Of a DNA stretch of 64,000 nucleotides, positions 1-9,848 are shown piece after piece. Positions within the stretch are counted from its first letter, which is position 1. Every line of letters begins with the position of its first letter. The notes beneath the pieces were generated by a model. The model saw only the letters and a list, made by a program, of their open reading frames with translations, did not search any database and was not told the DNA's origin. The translations under genes and the position numbers were made by a program. The stretch comes from Dehalococcoidia bacterium (GTDB taxonomy: Bacteria > Chloroflexota > Dehalococcoidia > Lucifugimonadales > Lucifugimonadaceae): the NCBI GenBank assembly GCA_965197765.1, contig OZ240225.1, forward strand, positions 1,366,837 to 1,430,836, read 5' to 3'.

Positions 1-378
1 GTTGAAGTCTTCGTGGAGATGTGGATCGCCGGGGGACCCGCCCGGAGATGATATGACCGCCATTCGGTTCCGCGAGTCGGCGATCATTATGCGCGACTTT
101 GTGACGGCCGCGTACCCGCCGCCCGACCGTGCGATCTCCGGCAAAACCGGTGCTCCGGGATCCGTCGAATCTGGGCTGACCGATTCCACTATCTCACTGT
201 ATGAGACGTGACGGGCGTTCATTTCAGACATCGCAATATCCGTTTCGGTGATTGGTTTCGAGTCCAAGCGCGCCGATGACTCTGCGCAGATAGGAGTGTA
301 CTACTCGAATTCGGGCCAACCAAACTCGATTCTCGCATCTGAAATAGCGAGGCGATCGATAACGGATCGTGCAGGCCG

Positions 379-1167
379 TCAGCAGGTTGCTGGGTCTGCG
401 ACTTCGACAAATATGGCCGAACCGGGTCCTTTCGCCGTAATCGCGCTGAATTCACCGTCGCTGGAGTAGACGACACTGCCTTTACTCGCGTCGACTACAT
501 CACCTGCGATCTCGAAACGCACATTGCCTTTCAACACGACCCACCAAGATTCGGTATCGCCGTTGACGGATTCCGCAGAGGCTCCCGGCATCACATTGAA
601 CATCTCAACGCGGTTTCGTTGGTCGTGCAAGACCGACTCTTGCCAATTCGCATCCAATCCGTGACGTTCGATCATGTAGGGCAACGGCGTTAATATGCGG
701 TTGGGCGGTTCCCAGTCTGGATCCAACCTCACGGTTCTAGAAGGTTCAATTCCCTTGATGTCGTGATTCGAACCCGGTTTTGTGCAAACCAACCTCATGC
801 ACATGTCGCCGTACCAAGGGAGTGGCGTGTGTCGATAACCGCAGGGCGCGACCGTTATGTCCCCGAAAGTCGCCCGAAATGGTGTGTACTCTCCAACAAG
901 AAATCCCATGACGCCGCCAAAGGCCATGAACCACTCGTTGAAGTCGGGATGGATGTGCGGGTCTCCGGGTGCTCCACCAGGAGAAGTAATGATCGTAGCT
1001 CGGTTTCTGCTGTCTTGAATAAGAACTCGACTCGATTTGAACTCCGCCCCGAAATGCCGAGAGAGTTCCTCCTCGGGCACTTCACTCGCCGCGGTTATGG
1101 CCGCTTTGTTTCTGAGGTCTCGAACGATTTCTTCGTATGAGACGTGGCGTTGGTTGACGTCGGACAT
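379..1167 (-). CDS. Cupin (bicupin-like) domain protein
   Basis: 262-aa ORF; ATG at 1167 preceded by AGGAAG RBS. Two cupin-like halves (GDPHIHPDFNEWF...; WWVVLKGNVRFEIAGD). Family by motif only. Confidence 0.55.
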   Translation of the reverse strand: MSDVNQRHVSYEEIVRDLRNKAAITAASEVPEEELSRHFGAEFKSSRVLIQDSRNRATIITSPGGAPGDPHIHPDFNEWFMAFGGVMGFLVGEYTPFRATFGDITVAPCGYRHTPLPWYGDMCMRLVCTKPGSNHDIKGIEPSRTVRLDPDWEPPNRILTPLPYMIERHGLDANWQESVLHDQRNRVEMFNVMPGASAESVNGDTESWWVVLKGNVRFEIAGDVVDASKGSVVYSSDGEFSAITAKGPGSAIFVEVADPATC

Positions 1168-1246
1168 TTGAGCTTCCTATTTGGACGAGAGCGCGTTGAA
1201 TTGAAGGCGAGTTTAACACTGGATTTGTGTCACATCCTCTTAGGAT

Positions 1247-1335
1247 TGGTGCCGAGAGTGGGATTCGAACCCACACGCCGTTTTACTGGCCGCGGGGTTT
1301 AAGCCCGCTGCGTCTACCGTTCCGCCATCTCGGCA
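1247..1335 (-). tRNA. tRNA-Leu (anticodon UAA), long variable arm, encoded CCA
   Basis: Reverse complement reads GCCGAGA...TCTCGGCACCA. 7-bp acceptor stem, anticodon stem GCGGG/CCCGC with loop CTTAAAC, TTCGAAT T-loop, long extra arm. Confidence 0.85.
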
Positions 1336-1453
1336 GAGACCATCGTCAACTTCATCAACCACGCTTAAGATTCTAAATACAGCGCGACGGCGCATCTGAA
1401 CGCCTCGGCAGACCGTCTGGGGTTCAGATCCGAAATCGCAGAGGAGCAAGGAA

Positions 1454-2353
1454 TTGGCACACGACGCTCAGACCACCATCGGCATCATCGGTGGGACGGG
1501 GCTTTACCAATTGGATGGATTCGAAGACGCGCAATGGGTTTCGATCCAATCTCCGTTCGGCAAACCATCGGACGAACTGTTGATCGGCAGGTTCGGGGAG
1601 TATCGCGTCGCTTTTCTACCCCGACACGGCCGAGGTCATCGCGTACCACCGTCGCAGGTGAACTACCGCGCAAACATCGACGCGTTGAAACGTGCCGGTG
1701 TCGATCGCATTCTGGCGTTCAGTGCCGTCGGATCGCTCAAAGAGGAGTTAACTCCCGGTACATTCGTGCTCGTTGATCAATACATCGATCGCACTAGCGG
1801 TCGCAAAAACTCTTTCTTCGGCGAGGGATTCGTCGCACACGTGAGCATGGCGGACCCAGTATGCAGCACCATGAACGATGCGGTCGAAGCGGCTGCCCGT
1901 AACTTGGGCATCGAATTTGTGCGTGGTGGCACCTATCTCGCGATGAACGGTCCACAGTTTTCAACACGCGCCGAGTCGAACCTGTATCGCTCGTGGGATT
2001 GCGACATCATCGGAATGACCAACATGCCAGAAGCTAAGTTGGCGCGCGAAGCCGAGATGGCGTACACCACCGTCGCGATGGTCACCGACTACGACTGCTG
2101 GCACGAAGAACACGAGAACGTTTCAGCAGAGTTAGTACTTGACGTTTTGCGCGGCAACACTGAAGGTGCACGGGAACTGGTCAAGGCTGCCATACCCATA
2201 ATCGGCGCGTTAGAATCGCCCTTCCCCTCTGGAGTTCACACGGCACTTGAACACGCCATCGCAACCGCGCCACAAGACCGCGATCCCATTCTGATGCGCA
2301 AACTCGATGCGGTCGCCGGCCGCGTGCTCAAGAACGACGGTTGGGCAGACTAA
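1454..2353 (+). CDS. mtnP: S-methyl-5'-thioadenosine phosphorylase (PNP family 2)
   Basis: 299-aa ORF, TTG start 8 nt after GAGGAG. Motifs GIIGGTGLY, FLPRHGRGHR, GMTNMPEAKLAREAE typical of MTAP. Confidence 0.85.
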   Translation: MAHDAQTTIGIIGGTGLYQLDGFEDAQWVSIQSPFGKPSDELLIGRFGEYRVAFLPRHGRGHRVPPSQVNYRANIDALKRAGVDRILAFSAVGSLKEELTPGTFVLVDQYIDRTSGRKNSFFGEGFVAHVSMADPVCSTMNDAVEAAARNLGIEFVRGGTYLAMNGPQFSTRAESNLYRSWDCDIIGMTNMPEAKLAREAEMAYTTVAMVTDYDCWHEEHENVSAELVLDVLRGNTEGARELVKAAIPIIGALESPFPSGVHTALEHAIATAPQDRDPILMRKLDAVAGRVLKNDGWAD

Positions 2354-3243
2354 AGTTGCCGCAACCTGGGGTCCAGACGATCCCGTATCCAGTCTCCGAG
2401 GAAGTTCATGGCGAAGACGACGGCGAAGATGGCGAGGCCGGGGAAGAGTGCCATCCAGTAGGAGGTGTTGATGTAGTCGCGTCCTTCTGCGACCATCGAA
2501 CCCCAAGCTGGCCGTGGTTTTGGGATGCCAACTCCGAGGAAGCTCAGCGTCGCCTCGGTCAAAATCAGTTGGCCGATGGCCAAACTCGCGATCACCAGCA
2601 CGGTATTGGTGACGCCAGGTAAGACGTGCTTGGTAACGATTCGGTTAGATGACGCGCCGGCTACGATGGCTAGCGCGACGTAGTCTGACGCTTTCAGGCG
2701 CAGTGTTTCAGCTCTGACCTGACGCGCGAAACCGCTCCAACTAAACAGGATCAGCAACGCGATTATCAGCGTCATGCTCGAACCGAACACCACTACGGTG
2801 GCGAGGGCGACGAGTATGAACGGGACTCCCAGCGTGAGGTCCACCATCCTCATTAAGATCTCGTCGTAGATGCCTCCGAAATATCCGGCGATCAACCCAA
2901 GTATCGTACCGCCGACCGCGCCGGAAACTAGTACAACGGATGCGATAAGCATAGAATAGCGCGCTCCCCAGATGATGCGGCTCAACATGTCCCTGCCCAG
3001 TGGGTCGGTACCAAGCGGGTACTCCCACTTCGGCTCTTTGCCACTAATCGGCGAGGATTCCTGCCATATCGGCGGCCGGTCCTGATCCCTCAGGTTTCCA
3101 ACCAACGGGTCGTGGCGGGCAAGCCACGGAGCGAACGTCGCCGCGATGATCAGCAGTGCAACAATAATCGCCGGCAACACCGGGTAGCGACGCAAGATGC
3201 GCCAAGTCACCTGAAACGGATTACCGCGCTCGCGCACGACCAT
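2350..3243 (-). CDS. ABC peptide/nickel transporter permease (DppC/OppC-like)
   Basis: Multi-TM ORF with a typical DppC-like N-terminus (WRILRRYPVLPAIIV...APWLARHDP) and EAA-type region. Start trimmed to Met27 (3243) of the 323-aa track ORF to avoid overlap with the upstream permease; start uncertain. Confidence 0.8.
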   Translation of the reverse strand: MVVRERGNPFQVTWRILRRYPVLPAIIVALLIIAATFAPWLARHDPLVGNLRDQDRPPIWQESSPISGKEPKWEYPLGTDPLGRDMLSRIIWGARYSMLIASVVLVSGAVGGTILGLIAGYFGGIYDEILMRMVDLTLGVPFILVALATVVVFGSSMTLIIALLILFSWSGFARQVRAETLRLKASDYVALAIVAGASSNRIVTKHVLPGVTNTVLVIASLAIGQLILTEATLSFLGVGIPKPRPAWGSMVAEGRDYINTSYWMALFPGLAIFAVVFAMNFLGDWIRDRLDPRLRQL

Positions 3244-3289
3244 CGGTTGCGCTACGGATTCAATCGAACTGTTGGTATTCGAAGCCAAT

Positions 3290-4207
3290 TCAACTCTGTC
3301 TGATACGCGGATCGAGCACACCGTAAAGGATGTCGACCAGCAAGTTCATACCGAGATACCCTGCAGTAGCAAACATGACGATTGCGCTGATCACTGGGAA
3401 ATCGGTTCCGAACACGGACTGAACTGCAAGACGCCCCAATCCGGGCCACCCGAACACGGTCTCAGTCACCACTGCACCCGTTATCAAAGCGGCAAGGAAA
3501 ACCCCGGCAAAGGTCAGCGGGACGATTATGGCGTTCCGAAATGCGTGCTTCACGATAACGGTCATCTGGGACGCGCCCTTCGCCCGGGCGAGTTTAACGA
3601 ATTCGCTATCTAGGATCTCCAACATCGACGATCTAGTCAACCTCAACAGTGCCGCAGCTGCGTACCACCCAAGTGTGATCGATGGTAGTACAAGGCTCTT
3701 GATATTACCCTTTTCACCGGCAGGGAGCCAACCGAGTTGGACGGCGAAGATCAGGATGAGCATGATCCCTAGCCAAAACCCCGGCATCGCTTGTCCCAGC
3801 AGAGCAAAGCCGCGTGCGAATAGGTCAAGCAGAGTGCCGCGCCATATCGCTGAGAATATCCCCAACGGGACACCCATCGCTATCGCGAAAACGTAGGCGC
3901 CAACCGCTAGTTGCGCCGTATTGGGGATCTTGCGTATCACTACCGTCGTCGCCGGAATCTGCTCTTTGACCGATATATCGAAGTCCAGAAAATTTGCCCC
4001 TGAAAGCCATCTGAAGTACTGCTCGTAATACGGTTTATCGAGGCCGAATTCTCGACCCCAAGCTTCCCATTGTTCGTCCGTCGTGTACTCGCTCAGGAAG
4101 AGGTGTCTCGGGTCGCCGCTCATCCTTGAAAGCGCGAAGACCAGAACGCTGGCTAGCAAAAGGACGACGACGGCCGCCAACAATCTCCGGGCGATCAGCC
4201 TTCTCAA
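3290..4207 (-). CDS. ABC peptide/nickel transporter permease (DppB/OppB-like)
   Basis: 305-aa ORF with MRRLIARRLLAAVVVLLLASVLVF N-terminus and multiple TM segments. Immediately upstream of the DppC-like gene. Confidence 0.85.
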   Translation of the reverse strand: MRRLIARRLLAAVVVLLLASVLVFALSRMSGDPRHLFLSEYTTDEQWEAWGREFGLDKPYYEQYFRWLSGANFLDFDISVKEQIPATTVVIRKIPNTAQLAVGAYVFAIAMGVPLGIFSAIWRGTLLDLFARGFALLGQAMPGFWLGIMLILIFAVQLGWLPAGEKGNIKSLVLPSITLGWYAAAALLRLTRSSMLEILDSEFVKLARAKGASQMTVIVKHAFRNAIIVPLTFAGVFLAALITGAVVTETVFGWPGLGRLAVQSVFGTDFPVISAIVMFATAGYLGMNLLVDILYGVLDPRIRQS

Positions 4208-4328
4208 TTCACGAACTCAACAGATTGCAGGAACCGGCGAATGCGAAGCGAGACGGCGGGCCCGGTCGGTGACCGGACGTCGCCGTCTTTCGCATTTCAA
4301 TCTCGCGATTTAGCCGCAACTATCGGCG

Positions 4329-6179
4329 TCACTCGCCGCTCATGACTACCGTTTCCGGCGCCACGAATTCAGGACCCGTGTTCATGTACGGGCTGTACTC
4401 GATGATCTCCGGCCGCAATACCATCGAATATGGCAGCGTGCTTACCGACGCTACCAAGCTCCAATTGTTGACATAAGTCCACCACTCGACCGAGTTCGCT
4501 ATCCGGGTTTCGACTGTGGTCGATGCCAAGTCGAGGTTCCGGACGGAGATCGCCGTAATGTCGTCTGGTAGTTCGATTCCGTAATTGAAACCAGCGGTTG
4601 GTCGGTAAACGGAACCGAAGAACACGTCCGGTCTCGCGTTGGTACCGGCTTGGATCATCCAAGGTATTTCTTTCTGCCGGTTGACCAACCGGGGCCTCGC
4701 GGCTCCGTAGTCCGTAGCGTCAACTGTTACCTCGCATCCGAGCTCGCGCCAGTACTGCGCGACTGCCCCACCAACTTCCGCGTCCCACTCCTTACCAGGT
4801 GCTACGTGGTACTTGAACGGGAAACAGTTCGGGAACCCAGCTTCTGCCAATAGAGCTTTGGCTTGGTCAGAGTCGTACGGGACGTCGAATTCGTCGAGCC
4901 AGTGTGGATCGCCAGGGAACGCGTTCATGGCGTTAGTCAAGGGCTTGCCGATGCCGGACTGGATCTCGTCAACGATCGTCTGCCGGTCGATCCCGAGCCT
5001 CAATGCGCGCCGCACCTTGTTGGCTCGTTCCATCGACGCGGGGTCGTCAGGATCGCCAATCCAAGGGTGTTCGTCGTCAGGTTTGAAGCCCGGACGCTTG
5101 CGATAGATGTCTTCGCCGTTCTGGTCCGTCTCCGCCCAGTAGTTTCCGGCGAACATCACGACCTGGTTGATCGGAGGTCCAACCACCTGTGGACGCGCGC
5201 CATCAATGTTTGCAACCGTGTTCTTGATCAACTTGAGCGGTACTTGCGCGACGTGGATCAATCCGGTCTGGAGCGCCGCGATACGAGCCAGCGGCTCCGG
5301 CATCAGGATTATTTCGTACGACGCAACGCTGGGCTGTTTTCGATAGTGACCCTCGACCGGTTCCCCACGGACATTGCTGTCCGTAACCCACTCCGTGACG
5401 CGGAAAGTACCGGTGCCAACCGGTGTCAGGTTGGCTCCTTCCTCACCCAACTCCTCGTATAGCTCTTTCGGAACCATGACCGGCGAGCCGAGAGTGGTGT
5501 TGGAGATGACGTGGTACCACCGTGGGTCGAGACTGTTGTCCTTGACGTTCATTCGGATCGTCATGTCGTCGATGGCTTCGAAACCGCTGACGAACCGATT
5601 GATACCCTGCGCACGTTGGTTGATACTACCTTCGCGCAGCGCGTCGCCGTAGCTCCACTCCACGTCGTAGGCATCGACCTCGCCCCAGTCGTTGCCGTTC
5701 CAGTCGGTGTGGAATTTCACGCCTTCACGTATTTGGAAGGTCACGGAACTCGTGTCAGCGGCGACTTCCCACGATTCAGCGATACCCTCCGTATAGGTCG
5801 GTTCGTCAAGATTCAGATCCGGCGGAGCCGAATGCTGTGCCCACATCAGAGGTTCGAAGAAGCCCCAAAAGATCAACAATTGGGCGTTACCCGTGCCCTG
5901 CTTGCTCGGCAGGAACACTGGCGGGACGACCAATCTCTCACCAAAACGCAAATTGCCTTTGAAGGTTTCGGGTTCCATCATCATGGCCGGTTCTGGCGTA
6001 GCCGTGACCACTACCTGAATCTCTTTCGGAACCTCCTTCTCTACAACTACTTCCTTCTCCACAACGACTGTCTGGACAACGGTCTCACCCGGAACCGACT
6101 TTTCGACTACTACGGTCTGGATTACTGTCTCGGTTTCTCCACAAGCGACGCCGATCGTCATAGCCGTCACCAATGCCAC
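4329..6179 (-). CDS. ABC transporter substrate-binding protein, family 5 (peptide/nickel type), lipoprotein-like
   Basis: 616-aa ORF with GTG start directly after an in-frame TAG. Short signal ending IGVAC, then a V/E/Q/T-rich repetitive linker, then an SBP_bac_5-like body. First gene of the SBP-permease-permease operon. Confidence 0.8.
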   Translation of the reverse strand: MALVTAMTIGVACGETETVIQTVVVEKSVPGETVVQTVVVEKEVVVEKEVPKEIQVVVTATPEPAMMMEPETFKGNLRFGERLVVPPVFLPSKQGTGNAQLLIFWGFFEPLMWAQHSAPPDLNLDEPTYTEGIAESWEVAADTSSVTFQIREGVKFHTDWNGNDWGEVDAYDVEWSYGDALREGSINQRAQGINRFVSGFEAIDDMTIRMNVKDNSLDPRWYHVISNTTLGSPVMVPKELYEELGEEGANLTPVGTGTFRVTEWVTDSNVRGEPVEGHYRKQPSVASYEIILMPEPLARIAALQTGLIHVAQVPLKLIKNTVANIDGARPQVVGPPINQVVMFAGNYWAETDQNGEDIYRKRPGFKPDDEHPWIGDPDDPASMERANKVRRALRLGIDRQTIVDEIQSGIGKPLTNAMNAFPGDPHWLDEFDVPYDSDQAKALLAEAGFPNCFPFKYHVAPGKEWDAEVGGAVAQYWRELGCEVTVDATDYGAARPRLVNRQKEIPWMIQAGTNARPDVFFGSVYRPTAGFNYGIELPDDITAISVRNLDLASTTVETRIANSVEWWTYVNNWSLVASVSTLPYSMVLRPEIIEYSPYMNTGPEFVAPETVVMSGE

Positions 6180-6451
6180 CTAAGGACATAGCGAGCCACG
6201 ATTTACGCGTTGATTTGGCGAAATGCATAGCTTTTCGCATTTCTAATCCTCACTTCTCGATATGATTCGCAATTCACGAAGATACGGTTGACGAATCAAG
6301 CGCGATTCGCACTCTTTCACGCCGTATCGCGTGTAATTACCGCAATGTTACACCCGTACGCGGAATCTGTCATCGCGGTCGCCCCATCGACGCCGAGCGA
6401 CTGAGTAAGCATGACCTTACGCCACGACCCAGTCAATCTGCGTACGCGACA

Positions 6452-7375
6452 ATGAACCAGATGGATGCTTGGACCGCAGACGACATTCCCGATCTCACCA
6501 GTCGTACCGTAGTTGTGACGGGCGGGAACAGCGGCGTTGGCTTCGCTTCGGTTGTTGAGTTCGCTCGGCACGGCGCAGACACGATTCTGGCCTGTCGTTC
6601 AATATCGCGCGGCGAAACGGCGCTGCAACGCGTTCAAGAGCTGGTGCCTGCGGCTCGCGTCCGATTGATGCACCTCAATTTGGGTGATCTGGATTCAATC
6701 AACCGATTCGTCGACGGGGTTCGTGGATCGCATGACGCACTTCATGTTTTATTGAACAACGCGGGCATCATGGCCGCACCTTTTAGAACCACCGCTAGCG
6801 GGTTTGAGTCGCAATTCGGAACCAACCACCTCGGACATTTCGCGCTTACTGCAAAACTCATGCCGTGGCTACTGCGGGCGCCGACGTCGCGCGTAGTCAA
6901 CGTAAGCAGTTTGGCGCACCGTGGAGAAACCATCGACTTCAACTCATTGCAGTTCAGGCGCGAGGGTTACAACAGATGGCGCGCATACGGGCGCTCAAAG
7001 CTGGCAAATCTGCTCTTCACCTACGAATTGCAAAGGCGACTGGACCGGGCTGGCGTTTCCAACCTCACATCACTGGCGGCTCATCCAGGTGTGTCTCGCA
7101 CCAACATTGCCCACAGTTTGGGGATCTTAGGCCGACTAGCGATGCCAATAGCGGGTCTGTTTTTCCAGAGTGCAGAGATGGGAGCGCTCCCACTTCTGCG
7201 AGCTTCGACCGACCCTAGAGCGCGTGGCGGCGAATACTACGGTCCTGACGGTCGAAACGAACGTAAGGGCTACCCAGTCGTGGTCGCCTCGTCACCGGAG
7301 TCGCACGACGCACGGATAGCAGCGCAGCTCTGGCAATGCTCGGAGGAGTTGACTGGCGCCGAGTTTTCCGTGTGA
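6452..7375 (+). CDS. Short-chain dehydrogenase/reductase (SDR)
   Basis: 307-aa ORF with TGGNSGVG cofactor motif, NNAG, and a Y-x-x-x-K region (YGRSKLAN). Confidence 0.8.
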   Translation: MNQMDAWTADDIPDLTSRTVVVTGGNSGVGFASVVEFARHGADTILACRSISRGETALQRVQELVPAARVRLMHLNLGDLDSINRFVDGVRGSHDALHVLLNNAGIMAAPFRTTASGFESQFGTNHLGHFALTAKLMPWLLRAPTSRVVNVSSLAHRGETIDFNSLQFRREGYNRWRAYGRSKLANLLFTYELQRRLDRAGVSNLTSLAAHPGVSRTNIAHSLGILGRLAMPIAGLFFQSAEMGALPLLRASTDPRARGGEYYGPDGRNERKGYPVVVASSPESHDARIAAQLWQCSEELTGAEFSV

Positions 7376-7400
7376 CGCCATCTAGATGAGCGGGTTAAGT

Positions 7401-7477
7401 TGGAGGCGACGGGCGGATTTGAACCGCCGAATAGAGGTTTTGCAAACCCCCGCCTTAGACCACTTGGCTACGTCGCC
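7401..7477 (-). tRNA. tRNA-Cys (GCA)
   Basis: Reverse complement GGCGACG...CGTCGCCTCCA, anticodon loop TTGCAAA, TTCAAAT T-loop, encoded CCA. Confidence 0.8.
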
Positions 7478-7534
7478 CCGATATTGGGATTCTATTATCG
7501 CCAGACTGGCTCGTCGTCGTTGGTCGACCGAGTC

Positions 7535-7621
7535 TGGTGCCGAGAGTGGGACTCGAACCCACACGCTCTTTCGAGCACTACGCCCTCAACGTAGCCTGTC
7601 TACCAATTTCAGCATCCCGGC
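7535..7621 (-). tRNA. tRNA-Leu (GAG)
   Basis: Reverse complement GCCGGGA...TCTCGGCACCA, anticodon stem CTACG/CGTAG with loop TTGAGGG, long variable arm, TTCGAGT T-loop. Confidence 0.8.
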
Positions 7622-7665
7622 TTGACCATCTGGTTGGTTTGCTCACCCTTCAAAGCGAGCAATTT

Positions 7666-7742
7666 TGGCAGGAGCGGCAGGATTCGAACCCGCGACCTTT
7701 GGTTTTGGAGACCAACGCTCTAGCCAACTGAGCTACGCTCCT
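7666..7742 (-). tRNA. tRNA-Trp (CCA)
   Basis: Reverse complement AGGAGCGTAGCTCAGTTGG...CGCTCCTGCCA, anticodon stem TTGGT/ACCAA with loop CTCCAAA. Confidence 0.85.
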
Positions 7743-7977
7743 ATGCCATTTAATTGATTTTACATGGAGGGTGAAATACGAGCGCCGCAAATGAACTCAA
7801 CGTTTCGCGGCGTCTCGAGCAAAAATCATGTGTACACAAAACAGTCGGCACCGCTGGCGCTTGGAGACGTTGGTGAGCGTCTCCTCTACGCTCGCAATGC
7901 CGACTGTCGTCGGATCGATATGTCCGCCCCGTTATCGGGATAGCCGCCCTACAGCGACCATCCGATCACCGGAGTTC

Positions 7978-8334
7978 TCACATCACGGTTGCATCACCGG
8001 TTTCACCGGTTCGCACTCGGGTCGCATCATCGACGGTAGTGATGAAAATCTTCCCGTCTCCGATCGCCCCTTCGGCACCGGTTCTCGCCGAGTCGATGAT
8101 GCAGCTGATCACGTCGTCTTTCATGTCATCAGGGATCACCGTCATGATGAGTGTCTTAGGCAAAGCTGCGCGGTGCGAGAGGTGACCTCCCCGACCGGTG
8201 AAGACTTCTACGCCTTCTTGCTGTCCCTTACCGGTGATGTTCCAGTATGAGTAGCCCTTTACTCCCGCAGCCGTCAAGGCTTCAAGCACCGTGGACGTCC
8301 GTTCCGGGCGAACCACTGCTTCGATCTTTAGCAT
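7978..8334 (-). CDS. glnK: Nitrogen regulatory protein P-II
   Basis: 118-aa ORF, MLKIEAVVRPERT...GDGKIFIT..V.RVRTGE, the classic P-II pattern. Directly downstream of the ammonium transporter gene. Confidence 0.9.
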   Translation of the reverse strand: MLKIEAVVRPERTSTVLEALTAAGVKGYSYWNITGKGQQEGVEVFTGRGGHLSHRAALPKTLIMTVIPDDMKDDVISCIIDSARTGAEGAIGDGKIFITTVDDATRVRTGETGDATVM

Positions 8335-8411
8335 TGGTATTTCCTTTCGTGGTTCTGTGGCGAGGGCGTAGCGCCATGCTAAACCCTCACCGAACGTTTT
8401 CTTAGAGTGCC

Positions 8412-9617
8412 TTAGTCAGCACCATCCGCTACGTAGCCGCGTTCACCGTGCGCCGAAATGTCGATGCCGATGTCCTCGTCAGCCTCCGAGATCCGTAAGC
8501 CGAGGCCAGGGATCTTGTCGAGCACGAAGAGGATGACGAACGAGACAACGCCGGAGTAGGCGATCGTCACTAAGACCGCGACGATGTTAGCTAACAGGAT
8601 GTTGGCTTCACCGGTGACCAACCCGCCAGACATGGCGAATATACCGGTTGCGAGCGCGCCCCATATGCCGCCGATACCGTGCACTCCGAATACCTCGAGT
8701 GAGTCGTCGAGACCGATTTTCCTGAGGATTTCGAAGTGGACTGCGTAGTGGCAAAATATTCCGGCTCCTAGGCCGATTGCCAACGAACCCATCGCTCCTA
8801 CGTAACCAGATGCAGGCGTTATGGCCACAAGACCAGCTACTGCACCGGTCGCGACACCAACTGCGCTGATTCTGCCGGTGTGGATGTAAGACAGGATCGC
8901 CCACGTAACTGCTGCGGTAGCTGCCGCTACGTTGGTGACTAGGAATGCAGTGACCGTAGTGCCGTCAGCTCCATACTGGGAACCAGCGTTGAAACCGAAC
9001 CAACCGATCCAGAGAATTGCTGCGCCGAGGATCACGAACGGCACGTGGTGCGGCTCTAGACCTGGCCTGCGCCTCTTACCTACGAGATAGGCGGCTGCCA
9101 CGGCTGCGATACCAGCGTTAATGTGAACGACGGTTCCGCCGGCGAAGTCCGCCGCGGCGGTGTCGCCGATCCAACCACCGCCCCATACCCAGAAGCAGAT
9201 CGGGCAGTAGACGAAGGTCAGCCACAGAACCAGGAAGAGCAGGTACGTAGTGAACTTGAACCGTTCAACGAACGCGCCTGTGATCAGTGCTGGCGTGATG
9301 ATCGCAAATGTCATCTGGAAGACCGCGAACAGTAGGTCTGGGGAGCCTTCGCCTGTCGGGTAGGCCTCAAGGTTGCTCAAACCGATGTATCCGAGTCCGC
9401 CCATCCAACCGAAGTTGTTGTCAACGTCGAATGCGAGACTGTAGCCCCAAAGGACCCAGACAATGCTCGCGACCCCCATCGCGATGAAGGAGTACATCAA
9501 TGTGCTGACGACGTTTCGGCCGCGCACCAGTCCTCCGTAAAAGAATGCCAAGCCCGGCGTCATGAACAGCACCAACATGGAAGCCGTCAACATCCAGGCT
9601 ATCGAGCCAGTATCCAT
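8412..9617 (-). CDS. amtB: Ammonium transporter (Amt family)
   Basis: About 11-TM ORF with Amt motifs (AFFYGGLVR, DFAGGTVVHINAG, FGVHGIGGIWGA). Start set at ATG 9617, 8 nt after GGGAGGA, rather than the longer track ORF. Confidence 0.9.
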   Translation of the reverse strand: MDTGSIAWMLTASMLVLFMTPGLAFFYGGLVRGRNVVSTLMYSFIAMGVASIVWVLWGYSLAFDVDNNFGWMGGLGYIGLSNLEAYPTGEGSPDLLFAVFQMTFAIITPALITGAFVERFKFTTYLLFLVLWLTFVYCPICFWVWGGGWIGDTAAADFAGGTVVHINAGIAAVAAAYLVGKRRRPGLEPHHVPFVILGAAILWIGWFGFNAGSQYGADGTTVTAFLVTNVAAATAAVTWAILSYIHTGRISAVGVATGAVAGLVAITPASGYVGAMGSLAIGLGAGIFCHYAVHFEILRKIGLDDSLEVFGVHGIGGIWGALATGIFAMSGGLVTGEANILLANIVAVLVTIAYSGVVSFVILFVLDKIPGLGLRISEADEDIGIDISAHGERGYVADGAD

Positions 9618-9848
9618 ATTTGTATTCCTCCCAATCGGGTGATTACGCAATAGGTAGCAAAGTACTCTGGTGATGTTTCACGGATGTTACGCAAGTGTTT
9701 CACCGACGTTAACCTCTGAAACATCTGCTTTGCGCGACGGAAACGCGCGGTTGTCAAGGAAGGTAAAATGCATTTGGCGACAGTTCATTCCAACCAACGA
9801 ACGCAAACTTAACCGCCGTACACAACACGGAATCAGGACCTACTCGGA

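Noticed and set aside
2-211. 69-aa ORF at the left edge, and a frame-1 tail ending at 51
   Set aside because: No start context, no motif and window-edge truncation. I cannot tell which frame, if any, is the end of an upstream gene.
7783-7812. Imperfect hairpin downstream of glnK as an intrinsic terminator
   Set aside because: The stem has a bulge and no U-tract follows on the transcribed strand. This is too weak to annotate.
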